From contig JAVVGJ010000002.1 in the NCBI GenBank assembly GCA_032249155.1, positions 10,836 through 74,835 of the forward strand: 64,000 nt of DNA, read 5' to 3'. A model generated the notes under the pieces. That model worked only from the letters and a program-made list of their open reading frames with translations, had not been told where the DNA came from and searched no databases. The stretch is from Minisyncoccota bacterium (GTDB lineage: Bacteria; Patescibacteriota; Minisyncoccia; UBA6257; HR35). This document shows, one piece after another, positions 17,906 through 26,504 of the stretch. Position 1 is the first letter of the stretch, and the number at the start of each line of letters is the position of its first letter. Both the position numbers and the translations under genes were made by a program.

Positions 17906-19948
17906 TCAAATAAGACCATTAAGTCTTAAGAAAGCATTTACATTTGGTTTTCTCCCTCTAAATCTTTTGTAAAGAATCATAGGATCTTCAGAGTCTCCTT
18001 TTTCTAAAATGTTTTTTCTAAATGAAAGTCCTAATTTTCTATTTAAAAGTCCGTTTTTCTTGAAATATTCAAAAGCATCGCAAGCTAAAACTTCAGACCA
18101 AAAGTAACTGTAATAACCAACTTCATATTCCCAAGTAAAAAATATATGTCTAAATCTTGTGAGGTTATATCTTAAAAACATTTCAGGAATTAAACCAATT
18201 TTTTTCATAACCTTTTTTTCAAACTCTGGCGGATTTAAATCTTTATAATTCTTTAAGGTATGTATTTCTATATCCAAAAGAGCGTCAGCTATAGCATAAG
18301 CCTTTTCAAAACCTTGATTAAATTTTTTGTAATTTTTAACTCTTTCAATAATCTCAAAAGGAATTGGTTTATTTGTTTTATAATGCTTAGCAAATTTTTC
18401 TAAAAGATCTTCTTCTAAATGAAACCATTGAGTAAACATAGAAGGAAGTTCTACAAAATCTAAGGCTACATTCGTGCCAGAAAGAAAAGGGTATTTACAT
18501 TTGGAAAGCAAATTATGAAGAGCATGGCCAAATTCATGAAAAAGTGTTTCCAAATCATCAAGAGTAAGTAGCATTGGTTCTTTTGAAGTGCTTTTCAGAA
18601 AATTAGAAGCATTTAAAACTATAGGCAATTTAACTTTACCATCAAGAGATGATCTTTTTTGAAAGCTTGTGCTCCAAGCATGACTTATTTTATCTTTTCT
18701 TTCAAAAAGATCAAGATAAAAAACTCCTAAAGTTGAACCATCTCGATCTTTTACTTCATAAACCTTAAGATCTTCGTGAAATTTAGGAAGATCGTTTCTT
18801 TCTACAAATTCTATACCGTAAAGCTTATTAGCTAGATAAAACATACCGTCAAGACAATTTTCAAGTTTAAGATAGGGTTTAATTTCTTCTTCTTCAAAAT
18901 TAAATTTTTCTTTTCTTACTTTTTCTGCATAGTATAGCCAATCCCAAGGTTTTATCTTAAACTTCTTTCCTTCTTTATAAACTGCTTCTTGAATTTCTTT
19001 TAATTCATCTTTAGATTTTTTGATAGATTTATCCCAAAGCACTTTCAAAAAATTATAGACATCTTCAGGTTTTTTGAGCATTCTTCCTTCTAAATCTAAA
19101 ACAAAATGAGCGAAAGTTTTATATCCCAAGATTTTAGCTTTTTCTATTCTAAGTTTTATTATTTTAGAAATTATTTCTTTGTTGTCAAACTCATTATTAT
19201 TATTTCCAATATTCATAAAAGCCTTAAGCATTTTTTCTCTGAGTTCTCTTTTTGCTGAATATTGGAGAAATTGGAAAACTACGTTCATTTTTAAAGGAAA
19301 AATCCATTTATTTTTATAACCTCTTTCTTTAGCTAAATTTTCTGCATATTGTATTAATGATTCAGGAAGGCCCTCCAAATCTTCTCTTTTTTCAATAATA
19401 AGTTTAGATTTTTCTTCATCTCCATTAACATTTTCTCCAAATTTTTGTGAAAGCAAAGTAAGCTCTTTATTTATTTCCATTAAACGGATTTTAGATTTTT
19501 TATCTAAATTAACTCCTCTTTTTAAAAATTCTCTATAATATTTATCTAAGAGTCTTTTTTGTTCTGAGTTAAGCTTTAAGTATTTTCTTTTTTTATAAAC
19601 TGCTTTTACTTTTTCGAAAAGTTTTTCGTTCATAAATATCTCATCATAATGGTTAGTAAGAGCTGGTAATATCTCTTTAGATATTTCTCTCATTTTTTCT
19701 GTATATAGAGAGTCAAGCAAAGCATAAAAAGTATAAGATACCCTATTTAAAACTTCATCGCTTTTTTCTAAGGCTTCAATTGTGTTTTTAAATGTAGGCT
19801 TTTCTGGATTATTAATTATTTTCTCTATTTCTTTTTTATGAATTTCAATGGCTGTTTTAAATGCAGGCAAAAAATGTTCCTCCTTAATATCTTCAAAAGG
19901 AGGTATGCCAAAAGGCGTTTTAAATTCTTCTAATAACAGGTTTTTCAT
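17906..19948 (-). CDS. M3 family zinc metallopeptidase (oligopeptidase A / Dcp-like)
   Basis: 680 aa with an HEFGHALH HExxH zinc motif and M3 family length and layout. Confidence 0.75.
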   Translation of the reverse strand: MKNLLLEEFKTPFGIPPFEDIKEEHFLPAFKTAIEIHKKEIEKIINNPEKPTFKNTIEALEKSDEVLNRVSYTFYALLDSLYTEKMREISKEILPALTNHYDEIFMNEKLFEKVKAVYKKRKYLKLNSEQKRLLDKYYREFLKRGVNLDKKSKIRLMEINKELTLLSQKFGENVNGDEEKSKLIIEKREDLEGLPESLIQYAENLAKERGYKNKWIFPLKMNVVFQFLQYSAKRELREKMLKAFMNIGNNNNEFDNKEIISKIIKLRIEKAKILGYKTFAHFVLDLEGRMLKKPEDVYNFLKVLWDKSIKKSKDELKEIQEAVYKEGKKFKIKPWDWLYYAEKVRKEKFNFEEEEIKPYLKLENCLDGMFYLANKLYGIEFVERNDLPKFHEDLKVYEVKDRDGSTLGVFYLDLFERKDKISHAWSTSFQKRSSLDGKVKLPIVLNASNFLKSTSKEPMLLTLDDLETLFHEFGHALHNLLSKCKYPFLSGTNVALDFVELPSMFTQWFHLEEDLLEKFAKHYKTNKPIPFEIIERVKNYKKFNQGFEKAYAIADALLDIEIHTLKNYKDLNPPEFEKKVMKKIGLIPEMFLRYNLTRFRHIFFTWEYEVGYYSYFWSEVLACDAFEYFKKNGLLNRKLGLSFRKNILEKGDSEDPMILYKRFRGRKPNVNAFLRLNGLI

Positions 19949-19956
19949 TTTTAAGC

Positions 19957-20025
19957 TGCGGGGTCTGGATTCGAACCAGAACCTCAGGGTCCAGAGCCCT
20001 GCGTGCTACCTTTACACCACCCCGC
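19957..20025 (-). tRNA. tRNA-Gln (anticodon CTG)
   Basis: The reverse complement GCGGGGTGGTGTAAAGGTAGCACGCAGGGCTCTGGACCCTGAGGTTCTGGTTCGAATCCAGACCCCGCA folds with an acceptor GCGGGGT/ACCCCGC, an anticodon stem CAGGG/CCCTG and a loop CTCTGGA. The D-arm is short. Confidence 0.7.
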
Positions 20026-20044
20026 ATAAGACTTTAAATTTATT

Positions 20045-21016
20045 TTATCTCATTTTTTCTTTGAAGTAATAATTAAAAATTTCTGTAAGTATAACTAAAA
20101 TAGGTAAAACAGAAATCACGCCCCAAAATCCAAAAAGTTTGCCGAAAATTAAAATGCTAATAATCACAAGTATTGGGTTTAACTGAACTGTTCCTTTCAT
20201 TACTAATGGTACTAAAAAGTGATTTTCTAACTGTTGAATTATAAAGAAAGATAAAATTAAAGGGAAAATAGCTTCTGGCCTTTCGATAACTGCTATAAAA
20301 ACAGCTATTAATGTAGAAACTATTGGTCCTAAAATTGGTACTGCTTCTAAAACTCCGGCAGTTAAACTTACTAAAAACTTATAAGGTAAATTAAAAATAA
20401 TTGCATAAACAAAATAAACAGAAAGTCCTATGGAAAACATAAGTATAATCTGACCTAAAATCCAAAAAGCAAGTTTTCTTTTGATTCTAAACCAAAGATT
20501 AAAAATTTCTTCCTTTTTTTCTTCGTTTCTAATATAAGAAAAAATTTCTCTTTCTAAGTTAGGACTAAAAGCTATATAAAGAGAAATAACAAAAACTAAA
20601 ATAACAGAAATAAAACTTCCAAAGAGAGAATAAAGAAAATAAAAAATATTAGGAAAATAAGATTGAAAAATGTTAAGAATGTCTAATTTTTTAAATGTTT
20701 CTTCTTTTTCAATTTTAAGATTATAGCTTTTTAAAATTTCATTAAGATGGGAAACAAAAGAAGGAAATTCGGTAGTTATTACTTTAAAGAGAGAATAGAA
20801 AAGAAAACTTATGAAAAGAAAAATAAAAAGATAAAGCAAAAAAACAAAAAGATAATAAGGAAGATTTGTCTTTATGCTTAAAAAACGAGCTATATTTTGT
20901 AAAGTGAAACCTAAAACTATTCCTAAAAAAAGAGCAAAAATTGTTTCCTTGGTAATCCAAAAAATTATAAATAAAAGAGGAAAAAGCCAAAAACTTACTT
21001 TTTTAAAAGCTTCCAT
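20045..21016 (-). CDS. Polytopic membrane protein, AI-2E (PerM/UPF0118) transporter family-like
   Basis: 323 aa with about 8 TM helices. The C-terminal ...AVPILGPIVSTLIAVFIAV region is typical of AI-2E family members. Confidence 0.4.
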   Translation of the reverse strand: MEAFKKVSFWLFPLLFIIFWITKETIFALFLGIVLGFTLQNIARFLSIKTNLPYYLFVFLLYLFIFLFISFLFYSLFKVITTEFPSFVSHLNEILKSYNLKIEKEETFKKLDILNIFQSYFPNIFYFLYSLFGSFISVILVFVISLYIAFSPNLEREIFSYIRNEEKKEEIFNLWFRIKRKLAFWILGQIILMFSIGLSVYFVYAIIFNLPYKFLVSLTAGVLEAVPILGPIVSTLIAVFIAVIERPEAIFPLILSFFIIQQLENHFLVPLVMKGTVQLNPILVIISILIFGKLFGFWGVISVLPILVILTEIFNYYFKEKMR

Positions 21017-21030
21017 TAAATATTATTTTA

Positions 21031-22350
21031 TCACCTAAGATAATTAAAATTTTTTAAAAGTTTATAAAAGTCTTTTTTACTTTTTTCGTTTTCTACAGTT
21101 AAAGAAAAACAAAAATTTTTATTAAATAAAAACTTAGCTTTCTTATTTATTTCTTCAAAATTTGGTTTTGGAGGAATTAATTTTATTAGAAAATCTTTAA
21201 GATCAATTTTTTTAAACTCTTTGAGAAAGTAAAGATAAAAATTAGCATAAAACCTACTTAGGTTAACAGGATTTTCAAAATACATAAGCATTTCGCTAAT
21301 TTCAGAATTATAAGCTATTTCAATTTCTTCTTTGCTAAAGCCATCTTTTTTAATTTTTTCTATTTCTTCAAAAATAGCTTGAATACCTTCTAAAAACTTT
21401 TCTTTTTTAATTCCTGAGGCAATAAAGAATATAAGTCTATTGTAATTATAGAGAAGATAAGATTCAATATAATAAACCAGACCAAGTTCATCTCTTATTT
21501 TAGAAAAAAGTCTGTTTTTGCTTCCAGCTCCCAAAATTCTATTAACTGTAAAAAAATCTATGAAAAATTTATTTTTGACCAAATCTTTAAAACCGTAAAC
21601 TGGCATAAATGTTCCCATAGAAAAATAAACTTGATTTATTTCTTTATCTATTTCGAAATGTGTTTTTTTAGGAGGAATAATATTTATAAAAGGAAGAAAA
21701 AAGTTTTTACCTTGAGGTAAATCTTTAAAGTTTTCTTCAATTAATTTTTTTGTTCTTTTTATGTTTTCTATTTTGCCGACAGCAATAAAAAGAGAGTTTT
21801 GAGCATTATAAAATTTTTGATGATACCTTAAAAGATTTTTTCTATTTATATTTTTAATAGTTTCTTCTCTGCCAGCAACATCTTCTCCCCAAATTTTGTT
21901 TTTAAAAAGAGTTCTCATAAGATTAAGAAAATTCTTTTTCATTCTATCATCATTTGACATCTTAATCTCTTCTAAAATAATGCTCTTTTCTTTTTCTATA
22001 TCTTCCTCTTTAAATAAGGGATTTTTAATTAAATCTGAAAGAAGAAAAATTGACCTTTCTTGAAACTTGGAAAGGGTTTTAATATAGTAATGAGTTTGTG
22101 TTTGATATGTTTCTCCATTGTAAATAGCAGCCATTTTTTCCAATTCTTCTCTTACTCTTTCTACTGAGGGAAAATTTTTAGAACCACGAAAAACCATATG
22201 TTCAAGAAAATGGGAAATACCTAATTCTTTTTTGTTTTCATAATCTGTGCCTAACTTTACATAAAAACTAAAAGTAGTGCTTTCAAAATCTTCTTTAGGA
22301 AAAAGAAGACATCTTAAGCCGTTTTTTAATCTAAAAAGTTCAATTTTCAT
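21031..22350 (-). CDS. M16 family zinc peptidase (insulinase-like)
   Basis: 439 aa. It has the HFLEHMVFRGS inverted zinc motif HxxEH...E. Confidence 0.75.
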   Translation of the reverse strand: MKIELFRLKNGLRCLLFPKEDFESTTFSFYVKLGTDYENKKELGISHFLEHMVFRGSKNFPSVERVREELEKMAAIYNGETYQTQTHYYIKTLSKFQERSIFLLSDLIKNPLFKEEDIEKEKSIILEEIKMSNDDRMKKNFLNLMRTLFKNKIWGEDVAGREETIKNINRKNLLRYHQKFYNAQNSLFIAVGKIENIKRTKKLIEENFKDLPQGKNFFLPFINIIPPKKTHFEIDKEINQVYFSMGTFMPVYGFKDLVKNKFFIDFFTVNRILGAGSKNRLFSKIRDELGLVYYIESYLLYNYNRLIFFIASGIKKEKFLEGIQAIFEEIEKIKKDGFSKEEIEIAYNSEISEMLMYFENPVNLSRFYANFYLYFLKEFKKIDLKDFLIKLIPPKPNFEEINKKAKFLFNKNFCFSLTVENEKSKKDFYKLLKNFNYLR

Positions 22351-22599
22351 TTATTTTTCTAAAACAGATGCTTTTTTGAGAATACTTTTTGCTGTTTCGC
22401 TAAGTTTGGCTCCATTTTTTAAATAAAATTCAATTAAATCTTTTTTAAATTCTCCTTTCTTAAGATATGGATTCCACCAACCTAAAACTTGAATCACCTT
22501 TCCATTGAGCTTCCATCTTTTATCTTGAAGAACTAATCTAAAAATTTTTTGATTTTTTTTACCTATTTTTTGAAATCTTATCACTAACATTTTAAACAA
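22351..22599 (-). CDS. rpsP: 30S ribosomal protein S16
   Basis: 82 aa. IRFQKIGKKNQKIFRLVLQDKRWKLNGKVIQVLGWWNP matches the S16 consensus IRLxRxGxKKxPxYRIVVxD...GxYNP. Confidence 0.75.
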   Translation of the reverse strand: MFKMLVIRFQKIGKKNQKIFRLVLQDKRWKLNGKVIQVLGWWNPYLKKGEFKKDLIEFYLKNGAKLSETAKSILKKASVLEK

Positions 22600-22942
22600 A
22601 TTCTATAATTGCCATTTCGGCATTATCTTTTATTCTGTTAAAAGGAAGTTTAACGACCCTCACATAACCGCCTTCTCTTTCTTTATATTTAGGAGCAATA
22701 TCATAAAAAAGTTTATAAGCTGATTTTTTAGGAAGTTTAGATAAAAGGTATCTTAAGGCGCTTAAATCTCCCTTTTTAGCTTTAGAAACAAGTCTTTCAA
22801 TAAAACTTTTTAAAACTTTAGCTCTTTGTGTTGTTGTTTTAATTTTTTGGTTCATAATAAGATGGTGCGCCATGATTTTAAAAAGTGCTTTTCTTTTATC
22901 TCTCTTTAATCCAAATTTTTTACCTTTTTTTAATTTTCTCAT
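22592..22942 (-). CDS. rplQ: 50S ribosomal protein L17
   Basis: 116 aa. RDKRKALFKIMAHHLIMNQKIKTTTQRAKVLKSFIERLVSKAK...GGYVRVVKLPFNRIKDNAEMAIIEFV aligns to L17. Confidence 0.85.
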   Translation of the reverse strand: MRKLKKGKKFGLKRDKRKALFKIMAHHLIMNQKIKTTTQRAKVLKSFIERLVSKAKKGDLSALRYLLSKLPKKSAYKLFYDIAPKYKEREGGYVRVVKLPFNRIKDNAEMAIIEFV

Positions 22943-23634
22943 TCTTTTATTTTCAAAGTCTCAAAATAATTAATAAGAATCTCAATAGCTTCATTAATGG
23001 CTTCTACAGGCGATTTAGTACCATCTGTTTCTACAGTTATCCTTAAAAGATCAAAGTCGGTTCTTTCCAAATATCTTACATTTTCAACTTCATAGCTAAC
23101 ATTAACAACTGGTGAAAAATTAGCATCTAAATAAAGTTCTCCTATTTTAGGTTTTTCTTTAGAAAGATTTTCTGATAAAACGTAACCTCTTCCTTTTTCA
23201 ACTGTAAGATACATTTTAAGCTCTGCATCTTCACTTGTCAAAGTGGCAATATGAACCTCTGGGTTAACTATTTCTACCCCAGCTACTTTTTCAATATCTT
23301 TTGCTTTGATTTCTTTTTTACCCTTTGCTTCAAGTTTAAGCTCTACAGGATAATCTAAATCCATTTTAATTCTTATTTTCTTCAAATTAAGCAAAATATC
23401 TAAAATATCCTCATAAACACCTGGCAAAGTGGAAAATTCATGTTCTACTCCTTCTATTCTTACTTTAGTAATTGCTGATCCTAAAAGAGATGAAAGTAAG
23501 ACTCTTCTTAAAGCATTTCCTAGGGTTACTCCGAAACCAGGAAAAAGTGGTTTAATCTCAAAAGTGGCCTTTTTTTCTTCATACAATATGGGTTTTGGTT
23601 TTTCTGGAAAAACTAAATCGTTGATAATTGACAT
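22939..23634 (-). CDS. rpoA: DNA-directed RNA polymerase alpha subunit, N-terminal domain only (no alpha-CTD)
   Basis: 231 aa. GVTLGNALRRVLLSSLLGSAITKVRIEGVEHEFSTLPGV matches the alpha-NTD. The ORF ends where the E. coli NTD ends (about residue 235) and overlaps the rplQ start, which leaves no room for a CTD. Confidence 0.85.
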   Translation of the reverse strand: MSIINDLVFPEKPKPILYEEKKATFEIKPLFPGFGVTLGNALRRVLLSSLLGSAITKVRIEGVEHEFSTLPGVYEDILDILLNLKKIRIKMDLDYPVELKLEAKGKKEIKAKDIEKVAGVEIVNPEVHIATLTSEDAELKMYLTVEKGRGYVLSENLSKEKPKIGELYLDANFSPVVNVSYEVENVRYLERTDFDLLRITVETDGTKSPVEAINEAIEILINYFETLKIKE

Positions 23635-23649
23635 TTTTTATTTTATAAA

Positions 23650-24270
23650 TTACTGACGACTATAAAAGTCAATAACCATGTTTAAATTGAAGTTATGTTG
23701 AATTTCTTCATATTGAGGTAAGCGTAAAACTTTAGCTTTAAATGTATTTTTATCAATTTCTAGCCATGAAGGCGGGTTATAATTTTTTAATCTTTCTGCT
23801 AAATCCTTAAATGGTTCTATATCTCTGCTTTGTGGTCTAATTTCAATAACATCACCAGGATTAACTAAATAAGATGGCACTTTAAGTCTTCTTCCGTTAA
23901 CTAAAAAATGGCCGTGTGATACAAGTTGGCGAGCTTGAAGTTTATGTGGCGTATAACCCAATCTCCAAATAACATTATCTAATCTTCTTTCTAAAATTTC
24001 TAAAAGAGCTTCAGGAGCTGCCCTTTTTTGTTTTTTAGCCATCTCTACATATCTTTTCATTTGGTTTTCATTAGCTAAATAGAAAAACTTGAGTCTTTGT
24101 TTTTCCATAAGTTGTCTTCCATAAAGTGAAAGAGCTTTTGGTTTTCTTCCATGCATTCCCGGTCTTGTTCTTCTTCTTGATAAAGCACATTTATGAGACA
24201 AGCATCTTTCATTCAAACCAAGCTTAATTCCAAATCTTCGACAATATTTGCACTTTGGTCCTAATCTCAT
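23650..24270 (-). CDS. rpsD: 30S ribosomal protein S4
   Basis: 206 aa. It has an N-terminal C4 zinc-finger-like region and the S4 domain (LERRLDNVIWRLGYTPHKLQARQLVSHGHFLVNGRRL). Confidence 0.9.
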   Translation of the reverse strand: MRLGPKCKYCRRFGIKLGLNERCLSHKCALSRRRTRPGMHGRKPKALSLYGRQLMEKQRLKFFYLANENQMKRYVEMAKKQKRAAPEALLEILERRLDNVIWRLGYTPHKLQARQLVSHGHFLVNGRRLKVPSYLVNPGDVIEIRPQSRDIEPFKDLAERLKNYNPPSWLEIDKNTFKAKVLRLPQYEEIQHNFNLNMVIDFYSRQ

Positions 24271-24272
24271 TT

Positions 24273-24716
24273 TTAAACTCTTCTTGGTTTTGGTTTTGTC
24301 GGCCCTCCAAAAGGAACAGGAGTAATATCAGCAATATAAGTAATATTTAAATCCTTGCTAAAAAGAACTCTTAAAGCAGATTCTCTTCCTGGTCCTATAC
24401 CTTTAACGAAAACTTTAATTTCATCAATATTAAAATCTTTCATTTTATCCAAAAGAACTTCCATAGCTTTTTGCCCGCCAAAAGGTGTTCCTTTTTTAGT
24501 ATTTTTAAGACCAGCATGACCAGCAGAAGACCAAAGAATAACATTTCCATTATCATCAGTTAAGGTGATAATAGTGTTATTAAAATGAGAATTAATATAA
24601 ATCCTTGCTGTTTTAAGATAGAGCTTTTTCTTTTTCTTAGTTTTAGAAGCTTCAGAAACTTCTTCTTTTTTAATCTCTTCTTCTCCTGTAATTTGTTTTG
24701 TTCTTGTTTTACCCAT
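24273..24716 (-). CDS. rpsK: 30S ribosomal protein S11
   Basis: The S11 core (ARIYINSHFNNTIITLTDDNGNVILWSSAG...GTPFGGQKAMEVLL) is present. The start is placed at the internal MGKTRTK (ATG 24714-24716), just after the rpsM stop, although the raw ORF extends to 24752. Confidence 0.8.
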   Translation of the reverse strand: MGKTRTKQITGEEEIKKEEVSEASKTKKKKKLYLKTARIYINSHFNNTIITLTDDNGNVILWSSAGHAGLKNTKKGTPFGGQKAMEVLLDKMKDFNIDEIKVFVKGIGPGRESALRVLFSKDLNITYIADITPVPFGGPTKPKPRRV

Positions 24717-24717
24717 T

Positions 24718-25110
24718 TTATCTCTTACCTGCACCGGCTTTTCTTCTAGCACCGGTAGCTACTGTCTTACGAGGACCTTTTCTTGTTCTAGCGTTTGACC
24801 TTGTTCTTTGACCTCTTACAGGAAGTTTCTTCACATGCCTAATACCTCGATAACAGTTGATATCAATAAGTCTTTTAATATTAGCTTGAACCTCTCTTCT
24901 TAAATCTCCTTCAACTTTAAAATTTTCTTCAATATACTTTTCAATTCTATTAATTTCTTCGGCAGTAAGCTCACCAACTTTTTTCATAGGATCAATTTGC
25001 GTTGCCAAACAAATTTTTTTAGCCAAAGAAAGACCTATCCCATAAATCCTGGGAAGAGCGAAAACAATTCTTTTATTTTCTGGAAGATCTACTCCTACAA
25101 TTCTAGCCAT
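24718..25110 (-). CDS. rpsM: 30S ribosomal protein S13
   Basis: 130 aa. [34 protein letters not shown]...[30 protein letters not shown] aligns to S13. Confidence 0.9.
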   Translation of the reverse strand: MARIVGVDLPENKRIVFALPRIYGIGLSLAKKICLATQIDPMKKVGELTAEEINRIEKYIEENFKVEGDLRREVQANIKRLIDINCYRGIRHVKKLPVRGQRTRSNARTRKGPRKTVATGARRKAGAGKR

Positions 25111-25112
25111 TT

Positions 25113-25226
25113 TTATCCTTGTCTTTGTTTATGTTTGGGGTTTTCACAAATAACGTAACGATAAACCCCTCTTTTAACAATTTTACACTTATGACACCTT
25201 TTTTTAATTGATGGTTTGACCTTCAT
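25113..25226 (-). CDS. rpmJ: 50S ribosomal protein L36 (not in the ORF track, under 60 aa)
   Basis: Hand translation of the minus strand from the ATG at 25224-25226 gives [37 protein letters not shown] (37 aa). It has the C-x2-C...C-x4-H zinc ribbon of L36 and lies immediately upstream of rpsM, as in the canonical alpha operon. Confidence 0.85.
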   Translation of the reverse strand: MKVKPSIKKRCHKCKIVKRGVYRYVICENPKHKQRQG

Positions 25227-25292
25227 TTTTTAAACGAAAAATAAAAATAGCAAGGAAAGAATATTTAAAATTATACCATAAAATAAAATAAA

Positions 25293-26501
25293 ATGGCAAG
25301 GATCTTATTTTTTATAATCGATGGTTTTGCCGATAAGCCACAAAAATTTACTCCTCTTAGATTAGCTAAAAAGGAATTTTTAGAAAAATTATTAAAAGAA
25401 AAGAGTTTGTCTCTTTATAGATTTTTACCCTTAGAAAAAAATTATTGGCCTAAATTGGGACAAAGAAGCGTTACGGGTTTAGCAAATTTGGGTATTTTGG
25501 GATATAAAATAAAACCTGAAAAATTTAAAAGAGGTCCTTTTGAGGCTTTGGGAAGTGATATAGATTATAAAGAAGGAAATTTAGCTTTAAGAGTTGATTT
25601 TGCTTATGTTAATGAAAATTTAATTGTTTTAGATAGAAGAGCCGGAAGAAATACTTACGGCTTAGATAGATTAACCAATGAAATCAATAATTTAAAATTT
25701 GAAGTACCTTTTAAGTTCTATCATACTTATGGTCATAGAGGAGTTTTAATTTTTGAAAAAAACCTCTCAGAAAAAATTTCAGATTCAGATCCTTACGAAA
25801 AAAATAGAAAAGTAAAAAAAATAAGGCCGCTTTCTAAAGACAAAAAATCAGTTTATACAGCAAAAATTTTATGGAAATTTTTACTTTTAACACATGAAAT
25901 TTTACATAAAAGCTCTGTGAATAAAGAAAGAATAAAAAAAGGACTTCTTCCGGCAAACTTTCTTTTAACAAGAGAAGCAGGAAATAAATTTCCAAAACTT
26001 AAAAATTTCTTTAAGATAAATAGAATAAAAAACGGACTGGTAATAGCTGAAAATGGAGCTTTAAAAGGTGGATGTAAGCTAGCAGGTTTTAATTCTTTGA
26101 CTTTGCCTGAAATAGAAAATCTTGAAGAAAGATATAAATTCTATTTTGAAAAAATTTTAGAAAATTTAAAAAATTATGATCTCCTTTACATTCATATAAA
26201 AGAGGCTGACGAAGCTAGTCATGATAAAAACTTTCAAAAGAAAAAAGAATTTTTCGAATTTTTTGACAACTGGTTTGAAAAATTATTTTTAGAAATAAAA
26301 AAAGAAGAGGACCCCTTTTTTGTTATTACTGGTGATCATATAACTGACACAAAAACAGGAAAACACCTTTGGGGTCCTCTTCCTTTGATTTTGATAAAAA
26401 GCAAAGAAACAAAAAACGAACCTAAAGAAATAAGCGAATTAGAATCTCTAAAATTTCCTCTTATAAAGCCAAAGAAACTTTGGAAAATGTTAACAAAATA
26501 G
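25293..26501 (+). CDS. apgM: 2,3-bisphosphoglycerate-independent phosphoglycerate mutase, archaeal type (ApgM family)
   Basis: 402 aa. The N-terminal RILFFIIDGFADKP and C-terminal ITGDHITDTKTGKH...PLPLIL fit ApgM metal-binding motifs (ilvlDGlgD / DHsTP...H). Confidence 0.55.
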   Translation: MARILFFIIDGFADKPQKFTPLRLAKKEFLEKLLKEKSLSLYRFLPLEKNYWPKLGQRSVTGLANLGILGYKIKPEKFKRGPFEALGSDIDYKEGNLALRVDFAYVNENLIVLDRRAGRNTYGLDRLTNEINNLKFEVPFKFYHTYGHRGVLIFEKNLSEKISDSDPYEKNRKVKKIRPLSKDKKSVYTAKILWKFLLLTHEILHKSSVNKERIKKGLLPANFLLTREAGNKFPKLKNFFKINRIKNGLVIAENGALKGGCKLAGFNSLTLPEIENLEERYKFYFEKILENLKNYDLLYIHIKEADEASHDKNFQKKKEFFEFFDNWFEKLFLEIKKEEDPFFVITGDHITDTKTGKHLWGPLPLILIKSKETKNEPKEISELESLKFPLIKPKKLWKMLTK

Positions 26502-26504
26502 ATT

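Noticed and set aside
17909-17930. The hairpin taagac-catta-gtctta as an intrinsic terminator.
   Set aside because: It lies inside the 3' coding end of the M3 peptidase gene, has an AU-rich weak stem and has no following U-tract on the transcribed strand.
24718-24752. An N-terminal E/K-rich extension of S11 overlapping the rpsM 3' end.
   Set aside because: The internal start MGKTRTK, immediately after the rpsM stop, gives a canonical-length S11. The 12-codon upstream extension is most likely an ORF-caller artefact.
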